Part shown: piece after piece, positions 9,046-18,444 of the stretch
Layout: each line of letters begins with the position of its first letter
Position numbering within the stretch: the first letter of the stretch is position 1
NCBI GenBank assembly: GCA_903831815.1
Contig: CAIKZC010000010.1
Location: 14,914 to 78,913 of the forward strand
Direction: 5' to 3'
Length of the DNA stretch: 64,000 bases
Source of the DNA: an uncultured bacterium
GTDB lineage: Bacteria; Patescibacteriota; Minisyncoccia; Phycocordibacterales; UBA11359
Made by a program: the position numbers and the translations under genes
The notes under the pieces: generated by a model
Told to the model about the DNA's origin: nothing
The model's database searches: none
Seen by the model: the letters and a program-made list of their open reading frames with translations, nothing else

Positions 9046-10673
9046 GTTAACTTTTTACGTCTCAAAAGGGCTTCAAAACCGTCTTTTCCCTTGAAATCTA
9101 CTAGCTTTTTGTTGTTAAAGGTAAGTTCGGTAAACATCATTGCTGCAATATCCCTTTTTTCATTATCAAGAGCGAATTTATAGTACAGGCTCGCACGTTT
9201 GATGAGTTCGGAAAAAGTTGTTACGTATTTGAGCATTTCTTGTGCGGCTTCGCCGTATGCTCCGGCTTTCTGTCTGATCTCATTTAGTTGTCCCATCAGC
9301 CTGTTCTCCTCGGTTTTGGCATCTTCAATGCTCATTGAGTTCGTCCTTAGAAGGGTAATACGATTTTTAGTTAGATAATCCAGATCCGCATAGACTCGCT
9401 TCTCTTGATTGTGAAGATCGTCGAGCTCTTTGTTGCGTTTTATGGTAATCGCATCTATACCTGAGCGTGCTTTGACCTCAAGTTCTCGCAATTCTTCATC
9501 ATCGAAATGCATGCGGTCCATTAGCGACTGTATACTCGCGTGGATATCGCTCTCTTTTAGATTTCTATCTGGGTTATTGCACGTTGCAGCACATCGCAGT
9601 CGATAGTAGCCGATACCCTTTCTTATATAATGACAATATGCACGGCCGCAAGTGCATCGAATCAGTTTTCTGTAAGTTGCGAACTTTTTATTGACGTAAT
9701 ATACCGATACACAACGCGCCTTCAGAACCTCTTGAACCTTATTAAAGAGACTAGTATCTATGAGTGGTTGATGCGCGGTTGAGATTATGAAGCCCTCTTT
9801 TGTTCTGTTCTGGCCTATATAAAATGGGTTAGTTAATATGTGCTCGATCGTTTTGTGTGTCACAGGTCTTGAAATCTTAGGCATCGTTTCGAGTTCTATA
9901 TTGGATAAAATCTGGTCCTCTGTTCTTTTGCCGCGAGAAGGTTTTGTCGTCAGCCCTTGTTCGTTGGCCCATTTACTCAACTCGAGTACACTCCAATCGC
10001 CTGTGGCGTACAATTCAAATATACGCTTTACAATAGGTGCTCGTACTGGGTCTATTGGTTTGTCACCTGATCCATTATCGAGATAGCCGGTAGGAGAGCA
10101 GTTAATGAACTTGCCCTCGGCTCGTAATTTTCTGTTTGTGTTTCTTACTTTTTCACTGATAACTCTAGAGTAGTGGGTAGAGAACATGCCATCGATGTCC
10201 ATGTGTAAGTCACCGGAGCTACTTTTTTCGTAAGTTGTTTCGGAAAATCTAATGTCGCAACCCAGCTTAAGTAACTTTTTGATGATTACGTCATCTTGCC
10301 CGTTGCGACTCGCTCGGTCCCAACATAGGAATATGGCCCCTTTTATTTCTTTATTCTTGAGCATTCCAACAAGTCGCAGAAACTTTGGTCTTTCGATTTT
10401 ATATTGGACAGTGCCGTTCGGCATAATTTCAAAACATTCATCTTCCTTGAAACCGGAATGTCTTTCATTGATAATCCCAGCATTGCAGAAGTTTGGTATT
10501 GTCAGATCGGCTATATTTAATTTTTCTCTTTTTGCGAATCGTAAGTTTGCACCCCTCTGATATTCCAAAGAATTTTTTTGGTTGTCGGCGTCATCTGTAC
10601 TCTTACGGTCGTACACGATGTGCATGTCCCTGAAAGGACTTGATGTTTGTTTTATCTGGTTCTGATTTTTCAT
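8982..10673 (-). CDS. Large serine recombinase/integrase (563 aa); 3' end reads through tRNA-Glu on the opposite strand
   Basis: N-terminal resolvase catalytic domain with YDRKST catalytic-serine context; recombinase domain, Cys-rich zinc-ribbon region (CTCGRAYCH...C) and coiled coil; last ~21 codons are the antisense of the tRNA. Confidence 0.75.
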   Translation of the reverse strand: MKNQNQIKQTSSPFRDMHIVYDRKSTDDADNQKNSLEYQRGANLRFAKREKLNIADLTIPNFCNAGIINERHSGFKEDECFEIMPNGTVQYKIERPKFLRLVGMLKNKEIKGAIFLCWDRASRNGQDDVIIKKLLKLGCDIRFSETTYEKSSSGDLHMDIDGMFSTHYSRVISEKVRNTNRKLRAEGKFINCSPTGYLDNGSGDKPIDPVRAPIVKRIFELYATGDWSVLELSKWANEQGLTTKPSRGKRTEDQILSNIELETMPKISRPVTHKTIEHILTNPFYIGQNRTKEGFIISTAHQPLIDTSLFNKVQEVLKARCVSVYYVNKKFATYRKLIRCTCGRAYCHYIRKGIGYYRLRCAATCNNPDRNLKESDIHASIQSLMDRMHFDDEELRELEVKARSGIDAITIKRNKELDDLHNQEKRVYADLDYLTKNRITLLRTNSMSIEDAKTEENRLMGQLNEIRQKAGAYGEAAQEMLKYVTTFSELIKRASLYYKFALDNEKRDIAAMMFTELTFNNKKLVDFKGKDGFEALLRRKKLTGDSTGNRTPIPALKRPCPNR

Positions 10674-10687
10674 GAATTAGTCGCTAT

Positions 10688-10879
10688 TTACATATTACCG
10701 CATCTCTGGTTTGTTTGTAAGCGCGGTGGCTCGATAATTTGATCATCCTTAATTATGTAGCCTTCTCTCACTAAGCGCATGTGAATTCTCTTTAGTGCGA
10801 CGCCAAGAGCAGTAAGAGCATTGATCTCCATCTCATTGAATTTTTGGTTTTCAGAATTGGGTGTTGATTGTTCCTTCAC
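10688..10879 (-). CDS. Hypothetical small protein
   Basis: 63-aa ORF immediately upstream of and co-oriented with the serine recombinase; no family recognisable (an excisionase/RDF role would be pure speculation). Confidence 0.3.
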   Translation of the reverse strand: MKEQSTPNSENQKFNEMEINALTALGVALKRIHMRLVREGYIIKDDQIIEPPRLQTNQRCGNM

Positions 10880-11022
10880 CCTGTTATCCTATACCCGACA
10901 TTTTTATAGAAATGACTATTTTATATGGTCGAATCTGTCATCAATAAACCAGTGAGCAGGCTAAGGAGAGATTGGCCGGAAGTTCACCTTTTTCTAGTGA
11001 GTATTACTCTTTGTTGAGCTTT

Positions 11023-11140
11023 CATACACCTCATACACTATTGTAATTTAGTCCTTTTTTTAAGGGTATTTTGAGTGTATGTTCAAGTGTATGAGAATTT
11101 GTTGTGTATGATGGACATACAGAGGAGATGCTCATACACA
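11023..11140. repeat. Iteron-like array: about 7 copies of heptamer CATACAC/GTGTATG in both orientations
   Basis: tcatacacctcatacac ... gagtgtatgttcaagtgtatgagaatttgttgtgtatgatgg ... ctcatacacac within ~120 bp of non-coding DNA. Confidence 0.6.
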
Positions 11141-11157
11141 CTAAGCATTCACCCAAA

Positions 11158-12588
11158 TTAAGCCATAATCGCAGGGTCTTTTTTATCAGTGAAGGTTGGT
11201 GTAGGCACGATCTCAGTTTTGTTATCAAAGTATCCGCGGTAAACTTTTTCAACCTGTTCTTTTTTGAAAAGATACCGTTCGCCTTTGTTGTCTCTAGGCA
11301 ATTTTTCAGATGATAGATTGAATTTGTGAATAATTTTTCCGACCTGTGCGGATTGTTGCTTTGCCGATTCGGTGTTATCGAAATACATTTCATTTATGCC
11401 GCTTGCAATTTCCTTTGGCCTTAGGACCATGGAATCGATGTTAGTCAGGTTTTCCATCACTTTTTCTATGATCATTCGTTCTAAATCAGATACTTGGTAT
11501 TCGGCAAAATTGTATTGTGATAGGAATTGCTGCTTAGCATTTTGTTGTTCTGTTTCAGGGATATTGAGAACGGAAAACATGACCTCAAAGGGTATCCATA
11601 ACTCAAGTTGTCGGCCTACGAGTTCCGGTTTTTCTTGGTGTTTGTAAGCAGTTTTTGTTTGGTCATATTTAATTTGGGCAAAATTGAAATTGGAGATGAG
11701 TAATTTATATATGTCATTTCGTACGCCTTTCCAAATAGCATTTTCTTCGTCGAGTGGTTTATATATTTTGCTGCTTCTGATGAGTGAAATAATGAGACAC
11801 CGGTCGCGTAGGTCTTCAGGCAGTTGGTTGATCGAGGCAAAGGCTTTTGGCGTATATGCCTGAAATTCTTGTAGGTTCCAGTTCTTACCTTTATCAGCCA
11901 CCATCTTGCGTATATCGCCGCCGCCGCGTTTGTATGAGTCGGTTAAAATATCCAGAAGGTCATCCATGTTTGGTCTGTGTAAGGCATCAGCTTGATCCAT
12001 AAGATACGTGCCTCTCAACGCGTCGACGGTATCTCGCAATGCCGGTAGACTTGCACGAGCCTTGGTGGCGTTAAAACATATCTGGTTTAGGAAACCTAGA
12101 CACTGAGATTTCCCTGAACCTTTAGGGGCTTTTATATGTAGATATGGATACGCGGAGAATATAGGGAAAAAGTATGTACCAATGGCCCATGTGCACATTA
12201 ACGTTGCGTCCGCATCTTCTATGTCCATGTGCTGTTTCAATGCATCTTTAATGTCGGTGTACAGGTGTTGGGAGTTTATTTTATGCGCTGGCGATAGCCA
12301 ATTTTCGCGAAAGTCATCCAGATTTTTTCTGTCTAGCCTCTGAGAGAATTTTGCCAGTTTCCTTTTTTTGACGTCTATGTAATAGGTTTTGCCACTGATC
12401 ACGAATGACGGCTCTTTGGTAATTTGGAATTGACCCTCCGTAGTAGCAACTATGAATATCTCACTTTCTTTATCAATTTTAGGTTTTACTCTAAATCCAA
12501 GCACCAAGACGCCGTTTTTAATATCGAGAGATGGATGGAATGCTGGCTCATCAAAATAGTCTATATCCTGCGTTTTATTTTTGTCCAT
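11158..12588 (-). CDS. P-loop NTPase of phage/plasmid replication type (VirE/DUF3987-like, primase-associated helicase-like)
   Basis: Walker A-like KAPKGSGKSQ; 476 aa; sits beside the iteron array and a serine recombinase. Confidence 0.4.
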   Translation of the reverse strand: MDKNKTQDIDYFDEPAFHPSLDIKNGVLVLGFRVKPKIDKESEIFIVATTEGQFQITKEPSFVISGKTYYIDVKKRKLAKFSQRLDRKNLDDFRENWLSPAHKINSQHLYTDIKDALKQHMDIEDADATLMCTWAIGTYFFPIFSAYPYLHIKAPKGSGKSQCLGFLNQICFNATKARASLPALRDTVDALRGTYLMDQADALHRPNMDDLLDILTDSYKRGGGDIRKMVADKGKNWNLQEFQAYTPKAFASINQLPEDLRDRCLIISLIRSSKIYKPLDEENAIWKGVRNDIYKLLISNFNFAQIKYDQTKTAYKHQEKPELVGRQLELWIPFEVMFSVLNIPETEQQNAKQQFLSQYNFAEYQVSDLERMIIEKVMENLTNIDSMVLRPKEIASGINEMYFDNTESAKQQSAQVGKIIHKFNLSSEKLPRDNKGERYLFKKEQVEKVYRGYFDNKTEIVPTPTFTDKKDPAIMA

Positions 12589-12615
12589 TTTAATCTGTAT
12601 TTAGTTGATAATTTT

Positions 12616-12933
12616 TTAATCTTTCAGCCTGTCTAGTAATTCACGTCTGGCTTGCTCGTAAACGTGAACGTTTACTAACATATCCGGGTTAGCTCGGTCT
12701 CCGAATTTATAAATATCAACTAGGCGCTTCAGTTGGCTATTGTTCACAAACAAAAACTCCTTTTTATTTGGGTTCTCGGTTGCGTCGATTCCTGTGATCG
12801 GTTGGCCTTTGGCTACTAAGAAGCAGGCGAGCGTGAAAGAGCTCTGCCTATATGTTTTATTTGTGTTGTGCATGTCTATTTTTATATAAGAAAATAAGAC
12901 TATTAATAGCCTTATAATATCTGCACTCTCCAT
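12616..12933 (-). CDS. Hypothetical protein
   Basis: 105-aa ORF, no recognisable family. Confidence 0.3.
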   Translation of the reverse strand: MESADIIRLLIVLFSYIKIDMHNTNKTYRQSSFTLACFLVAKGQPITGIDATENPNKKEFLFVNNSQLKRLVDIYKFGDRANPDMLVNVHVYEQARRELLDRLKD

Positions 12934-12948
12934 ATGAAAATGACAGTT

Positions 12949-13722
12949 TTATAGTGGGGGATTTGTCATCTTGTATTTTTCTCTAAACCTCTTTCTTATT
13001 GTTCGTAATTCGTTCACTCTTTTTCTGTCTCTCGCTTCATCATCATTCGTTGCACTTTCCCAGATTTGACCAACTCGATCTAGATCGATAGCGCTATCAT
13101 CTTGTATTTTACCGTCTTCTCCGCGAGTATCATATACTATTCCTTTTGTTGCCCGTATCTCTATGTCTTTCAACGCGATAGATAGGTTATTCATCGAAGC
13201 CTTTGAAAAATTCTGCCTCTTGAAATTCGGCCATAACTTTTTTTGCTGTTTTTTTATCCAGAACCAGGCTTCCGCTATATCATCAACAGAGGTGTCTGGA
13301 TTCAAGGTTAATACAAGCCTCCGTTTCTCCTTTTTGTTTTTCTCGGCTTTTATATATAAATTGTAAATTGGCGGACTGAACCACCAGCTGATTATGAAAT
13401 CTGTTATAGTATTGAACCACTCCTGTCCCAAATCATTTTTATCTAAAAACTCATCAATATCGTTACTTAGTGCGATGGCTTTTTGAGCACTCAGTGAATT
13501 TATAAATGCTGTCCTTTTTGAATAAGCGATCGCATTTTTTCTTTTTACCTCATCATAACTATCACTATCAAAAAACCATCCCATGGGCTTTTTGAGGTGT
13601 TCAGATTTCCACTTGTCTACCAAACCAGTGATTGAGTCACTGAATTTTTTATTGGTATACAATGAGTCCAAGAAAATGAATGAATTCTTGAACAGATTTC
13701 TGTATGTATCTGATTTTTTCAT
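12949..13722 (-). CDS. Hypothetical protein
   Basis: 257-aa ORF, Lys/Trp-rich, no recognisable family. Confidence 0.35.
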   Translation of the reverse strand: MKKSDTYRNLFKNSFIFLDSLYTNKKFSDSITGLVDKWKSEHLKKPMGWFFDSDSYDEVKRKNAIAYSKRTAFINSLSAQKAIALSNDIDEFLDKNDLGQEWFNTITDFIISWWFSPPIYNLYIKAEKNKKEKRRLVLTLNPDTSVDDIAEAWFWIKKQQKKLWPNFKRQNFSKASMNNLSIALKDIEIRATKGIVYDTRGEDGKIQDDSAIDLDRVGQIWESATNDDEARDRKRVNELRTIRKRFREKYKMTNPPL

Positions 13723-13946
13723 TTTAATCTTTATCTCAATTTACCAATACTACCTCTACCTTAAGATTTTGTTAAGACAAAGATGGTGATTGCCTGAACA
13801 CCCCGCGACAAAGCCTCAAAAATGCCCAACGGCGCCTCGTTTTGCTCATTTAGCCATTAGTGCCTTACTGTGCCCAAAATGGGACTGAAAGATTGAAAAA
13901 GATGAGAAATTGATTTGTTGAGTAAACTTGATAACTTGAAAAACAA

Positions 13947-14444
13947 TTAACTAGTCAGTTCATCGATATTACTAGGTAACGTAGTCGTGCCGCAATTCTT
14001 GTCATTAAGAATGTTAGCTAAAAAACCAGAGGCTACATCGTCATTTGGGGCTCTCAGAAGTACATGGTAAAAAGCCGCACCTGCGTCAGCACAATTACCA
14101 AGACTATAAAGTGCGAATCCTCTGTGATTCCAAAAGTCTATATCGTTCCAAATTAAATCTTTGTGATTTTTGATACCATAGTCTGTCGCATTAACGACAA
14201 ATTGATAATCTTTATTTTGATTTCCCATAAATAAAAAACTATCACGGTCTGCGGATGATAGTGCGTACAAGTCCGGAGTAGTTGATGTGCTTTCTTGGGT
14301 TATGCTTACGGTTGTACTCGTAGAAGTAGCGCTTGAACTGGATTCCGTTCTTTGTGCTGGTTTTGAATGATAGAAAAGTACAACTAAAACAACAACGAGT
14401 CCTAATGCTATGATGCCGATAATTATTTTATTGTTGTTTTTCAC
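13947..14444 (-). CDS. Membrane-anchored extracellular protein (N-terminal TM, Ser/Thr-rich linker)
   Basis: N-terminal hydrophobic anchor IIIGIIALGLVVVLVVLF, then an S/T-rich stretch, then a globular domain with conserved Cys. Confidence 0.45.
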   Translation of the reverse strand: MKNNNKIIIGIIALGLVVVLVVLFYHSKPAQRTESSSSATSTSTTVSITQESTSTTPDLYALSSADRDSFLFMGNQNKDYQFVVNATDYGIKNHKDLIWNDIDFWNHRGFALYSLGNCADAGAAFYHVLLRAPNDDVASGFLANILNDKNCGTTTLPSNIDELTS

Positions 14445-14549
14445 TTTATTTTATTTTCCTTAACAGTATCTCGCTTAATGAGGAAATAGTCTATTGAGTA
14501 TTCGTAATGATATTTTCAATTAATCTTACAATGCGACTATTCATAGAGG

Positions 14550-15086
14550 CTATTGTGTCCAATCATCTTTCATCACTTTACTAATATAGATCATTGCAGA
14601 ATCGTAGTTAGATATAGAGGGGTTATACATAGGCCAAGTGTCATTTTTGTCGACTGGACCATCTATATTTATCCACCCCGTGTTGCCTTTATCTTTATCT
14701 TCAAATGCATAAGCTAATTCATCTTTTGTTTGGCCGTCATATAGAAATCTTGAGTAACTTCCTTTTGCCTCTAACGACCCCATATCACTAAACTCTACAT
14801 AACAGCGGTTCGTTGCTGGGTTATAATGCGAACTTTGGAGTCGAGAGTATCGGTAGTTGCCGCTTGGTTTGCTATCTGAGATTTTTTGACCAAGAGTAGC
14901 ACATTCTGATCGTAAATTGAATACCTCCGTAGCTGTGGGTAAATTATATACTTTTGTTTGCAAATCTAGATTTTGTTTGTTTACTTTACCTGATTCATTT
15001 TGAGTTTTGATAACGACAATAAGCAGAGCTAGGATGATAATGCCTAGCACCGACTCAAACCAATGTTCTTTGATTAATTTTTTCAT
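14550..15086 (-). CDS. Membrane-anchored extracellular protein
   Basis: N-terminal TM VLGIIILALLIVVI; 178 aa. Confidence 0.45.
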   Translation of the reverse strand: MKKLIKEHWFESVLGIIILALLIVVIKTQNESGKVNKQNLDLQTKVYNLPTATEVFNLRSECATLGQKISDSKPSGNYRYSRLQSSHYNPATNRCYVEFSDMGSLEAKGSYSRFLYDGQTKDELAYAFEDKDKGNTGWINIDGPVDKNDTWPMYNPSISNYDSAMIYISKVMKDDWTQ

Positions 15087-15091
15087 GCCAT

Positions 15092-15922
15092 TTAATTATT
15101 ACAACCCCCAGATAACGATAAGCGGTCGTAAAAACTAACCTGATTACAGTTAGGCCGCATCTGTTGAAGTTGTTGTTGAAATAGTTGTTGCTGTCGCTGT
15201 GCTTCTTGTTGTTGTTTCATTTGATCTAATGAACTCTGTACTTGCTGGAGCTGTTGCTGCTGTTGTTGCTGGAGAAGAATTGTTGCGTTTTGAGAAGATT
15301 GCTCAGCGTAGTTTGTGGTGTTATATGTTGGGAGAAAGATAGGAGCTGATTGTTGTCCAGTGTTCTGGCAAGATGTCCTAGTGCTGTTCCACATGTAGCC
15401 ACTTTTACAGAAACAAACAGGGCCACCACTTTCGTTTTTATTGCCAGAATCTACACTATTTTGGCCATACGAATCTTCGCATATTTGTTGATTTGTTTTT
15501 GGCACTGCTTGTGGCGGAGTCGGTTCGATAATTACGGTCGTCCCGTTTGGAAAAGTTGCGCAGTTACTTTCCAGTGTCGCTCCATTTGGACAGAGTGGAA
15601 CTGAGGCTGGTGCAGGTGTCGAAACTGGAACGGAAGTAAGATCAGGAGTAATTACTGTGTTAGAAACTTGTTTTTTAATAGCAGGTTTATTTTTTATTGT
15701 TGAAGTAGCAGTAGATGTTGCTGTATGCGTTTGTATAGTTACAGTTGTAGTACTTACAGAAGTGGTGGTTGTGGAAATATCTATCGGAGTAAATACGGTT
15801 TGAGGTTTAACTACGTTTGACCCAAACCATGTGAATGGATTCCACCAGGAGGCCATGGCTACGGAGGGAGTAACTACTGCTAGTACAATAATCGCAATAA
15901 ATACTTTGTTTAATTTCTGCAT
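15092..15922 (-). CDS. Secreted Thr-rich/Gln-rich protein with Cys-containing middle domain
   Basis: Signal peptide MQKLNKVFIAIIVLAVVTPSVAMA; poly-Thr linker; C-terminal poly-Q/coiled-coil QQQQQQQLQQ. Confidence 0.5.
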   Translation of the reverse strand: MQKLNKVFIAIIVLAVVTPSVAMASWWNPFTWFGSNVVKPQTVFTPIDISTTTTSVSTTTVTIQTHTATSTATSTIKNKPAIKKQVSNTVITPDLTSVPVSTPAPASVPLCPNGATLESNCATFPNGTTVIIEPTPPQAVPKTNQQICEDSYGQNSVDSGNKNESGGPVCFCKSGYMWNSTRTSCQNTGQQSAPIFLPTYNTTNYAEQSSQNATILLQQQQQQQLQQVQSSLDQMKQQQEAQRQQQLFQQQLQQMRPNCNQVSFYDRLSLSGGCNN

Positions 15923-15947
15923 ATTATTAGGCTAATGATGACTATGT

Positions 15948-15963
15948 GTACCACTGTACCACA
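15948..15963. promoter_or_regulatory. Tandem direct repeat TGTACCAC x2 in the divergent promoter region upstream of the XRE gene (candidate operator)
   Basis: tgtaccactgtaccac about 60 nt upstream of the XRE start. Confidence 0.3.
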
Positions 15964-16024
15964 TATTTTGTGATACTCATAGTCCGTCGCCTTAAAGTCA
16001 TCACACGCATACGCTTAGAGTGTA

Positions 16025-16249
16025 ATGATGCCTAAAAATAATGCTATATTAAAGAGCTTCGGTAATCGTGTTAGAGATCTCAGAATTGAGAAGGGTATTA
16101 ACTCACAAATTGCTTTGGCTAACAAAGCTGGGCTGGACCGCACATACATTGGCGGTGTAGAGCGTGGAGAGAGAAATGTGGGTCTTAAGAATATCGAAAA
16201 AATTGCCAAAGTTCTCGGCGTAAGTCTCGGTGAACTTTTTAGATTTTGA
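16025..16249 (+). CDS. XRE-family helix-turn-helix transcriptional regulator
   Basis: Cro/C1-type HTH pattern: [58 protein letters not shown]. Confidence 0.8.
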   Translation: MMPKNNAILKSFGNRVRDLRIEKGINSQIALANKAGLDRTYIGGVERGERNVGLKNIEKIAKVLGVSLGELFRF

Positions 16250-16374
16250 TTATCCGTAGTTTATTTCAAAATACTTATACACCGTTGACGTAAGCGTGAA
16301 TAAATGCTATTTTGAATGCGATCGACTCGGGAAGCGTTTTCCTGAGCATAACTGTTCCTTGAAAGGAGATTCAG

Positions 16375-17256
16375 ATGAAGATGATTATAGCGGTATTAGT
16401 TGTGATGTTTGTTTGTGCTGGCAACGTAATGGCTGGGGCATGGACCACCATTAACATACCTGGCGGCGGCACAAACTTGTTTGGGGTCAGTGGAAATAAC
16501 ATGGTTGGTAGTTCCTCTCGAGGTGGTTCATTCTACGATGGAACAAGCTGGGCTACCATTAACTATCCTGGGGCATCGAGTGCGGTCCCGTACGCGATCA
16601 GTGGCAACACTATCGTGGGTGAATACCGCGGAGGTACCCACAGTGGTCCTGGTAAGCAGGGCTATGGTTTCATCTATGACGGAACAAATTGGACCACCGT
16701 GGATGCCCCTGGACCAAACTACACAATTTTGTGCGGTATTTCTGGGAACAACATTGTTGGTCAGTACACCGATGCCTCTGACAACAATCACGGTTATTTC
16801 TACAATGGAACAAGTTGGGCGACCCTGGACTATCCTGGGGCAGGCGCAACATACCTACAAGGCATTTCCGGCACAAACATCGTTGGTTGGGAAGAAGGTG
16901 CTCCTGATGGTGACAACGCCTTTCTGTATGATGGAACGACGTGGAAAACTCTTGATATGCCCGGGGTGAATAGCTGGAGCATAGTTCCACGTGGCATTGA
17001 CGGCAGCAACATCGTTGGTTACTACAGCGCTCCAGACGCCACGCATGGTTTTCTCTACGACGGGACGACCTGGACCACACTTGATTACCCTGGGGCATTG
17101 GATACGATGGTGTATGGCATATCCGGTGGCGACATCGTTGGTGAGTATACTGACAACTCGGGGAACTATGGGTTTCTCTATACTGTTCCCGAACCAGCAA
17201 CACTTGGGCTGCTCAGTTTCGGTTTTCTGGCTCTGGTGCGCAGGCGACGGCGCTGA
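16375..17256 (+). CDS. Secreted repeat protein with a C-terminal PEP-CTERM sorting signal
   Basis: Signal peptide; about 7 repeats of a ~30-aa motif (Y/F)DGT(S/T)W(A/T)T(I/L)(D/N)YPGA...GISG.NIVG; C-terminus VPEPATLGLLSFGFLALVRRRRR-stop is a textbook PEP-CTERM (PEP, TM helix, Arg cluster); GC markedly above its surroundings. Confidence 0.7.
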   Translation: MKMIIAVLVVMFVCAGNVMAGAWTTINIPGGGTNLFGVSGNNMVGSSSRGGSFYDGTSWATINYPGASSAVPYAISGNTIVGEYRGGTHSGPGKQGYGFIYDGTNWTTVDAPGPNYTILCGISGNNIVGQYTDASDNNHGYFYNGTSWATLDYPGAGATYLQGISGTNIVGWEEGAPDGDNAFLYDGTTWKTLDMPGVNSWSIVPRGIDGSNIVGYYSAPDATHGFLYDGTTWTTLDYPGALDTMVYGISGGDIVGEYTDNSGNYGFLYTVPEPATLGLLSFGFLALVRRRRR

Positions 17257-17361
17257 TCTCGTGTCTTTGTTGGGAACAAAACAAGGCTGGTGGATTCATT
17301 TCCATCGGCCTTTTCTTTTATTTGGGTAATACCTAAGTTAGCCACCCGCTCTGAACATTAA

Positions 17362-17697
17362 TTATAACAAGTGGTCAACAAGCATTCCTTTGTATCTTCT
17401 GCTCCTGTATTCAAGATTTAGGCATTTCCGACAACCAATCTCTGAGTTTAACGGATGCACAAACAACGTACCAACACGTTCACTACATTTTGGGCACTTA
17501 AACCAATACCGCAAACCATTGAATGCGGTTTTAGATGGCGTAAGCTCGATAATCTGATCACTCATTTCAAGTTCGGCTGTTAACAGTACGCCCTTCAGTT
17601 TTGCCTTGGCCTGCCTGATATAGGTTGTGATGTTAATCTTCTGGCAGTCTTCAACCAGCATTTTTTCTCCTAAATCATTTGGGTTGAATGTTTTCAT
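17362..17697 (-). CDS. Hypothetical protein with C-terminal CxxC...CxxC zinc-ribbon
   Basis: CPKCSERVG...CRKC pairs; start taken at the internal Met MKTFNP. Confidence 0.35.
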   Translation of the reverse strand: MKTFNPNDLGEKMLVEDCQKINITTYIRQAKAKLKGVLLTAELEMSDQIIELTPSKTAFNGLRYWFKCPKCSERVGTLFVHPLNSEIGCRKCLNLEYRSRRYKGMLVDHLL

Positions 17698-18331
17698 GAT
17701 AATTACGATTATCGTTAATCTGCTGATTTTGAGCCACAAAAGCGTTGTGAGTTTTTATGTTCACTTCGAGTTGGGGTTGTTTCAATTGCCTTAAAGCCGT
17801 CATCATTGAAAGGAAGTTTCTGTATGATCTGTCGGCTTGTTTACTAAAGAAAGCGCCACATCTTGTTGAGGCGTCATCTACTTCTTCAACACAATTTAGA
17901 AAATCATTGAGTCGCTTCTGATCATTAATCACTTGTACATGAGCGAGCGCAACAAGCTCGGCTGTGGCTTTCTCAAGAGCAGTGGTGCATTTATAATCTT
18001 TTTCGATTTGTTGGACCACATTTAAGACTAGTGGCGCATATTTTTTACTGACGGAGTGTCTGAGATGGTAGTGATTTTCTAAACCTAAAGCCATCACAAA
18101 CTGATCGGATTGTTCCTGAAGATACTTTTTTGCTTCATCTTTTCCTTTTTTACTACCATCTTTCAGTTTCTGTAAGACGCCAGATATTTCACGAAACAAG
18201 TATTCAGGGTCACATCCGGCATGCATGCTATCACGCACAAACTGTTTGCTTTCCTCGGTGGTAGGGGGTTTTGATAAGGCCTTTGTGGTGTGGTTTTCAT
18301 TTTTATTTTGTATTTTGTTTGATATTGACAT
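17675..18331 (-). CDS. Hypothetical protein
   Basis: 218-aa ORF, charged/helical, no recognisable family. Confidence 0.35.
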   Translation of the reverse strand: MSISNKIQNKNENHTTKALSKPPTTEESKQFVRDSMHAGCDPEYLFREISGVLQKLKDGSKKGKDEAKKYLQEQSDQFVMALGLENHYHLRHSVSKKYAPLVLNVVQQIEKDYKCTTALEKATAELVALAHVQVINDQKRLNDFLNCVEEVDDASTRCGAFFSKQADRSYRNFLSMMTALRQLKQPQLEVNIKTHNAFVAQNQQINDNRNYHENIQPK

Positions 18332-18444
18332 GCATTTATCGTGATATACTGTGTTTTGTTAAGTCGTTTATGCCGCGGATGTTAGCTGCTTATTGCTAAG
18401 TGTGAGTTTGTCCAGGAACTTTAGACGGCTGAGTTTATCCATGC

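Noticed and set aside
8802-9050. ORFs 8802..9050 and 8807..8992 (plus strand)
   Set aside because: Both are composed of tRNA-Ser (antisense) and tRNA-Glu sequence; they are non-coding.
16481-17203. Several 60-177-aa alternative-frame ORFs on both strands inside 16375..17256
   Set aside because: They arise from the high GC (few stop codons) of the PEP-CTERM gene; only the frame with signal peptide, repeats and PEP-CTERM tail is coherent.
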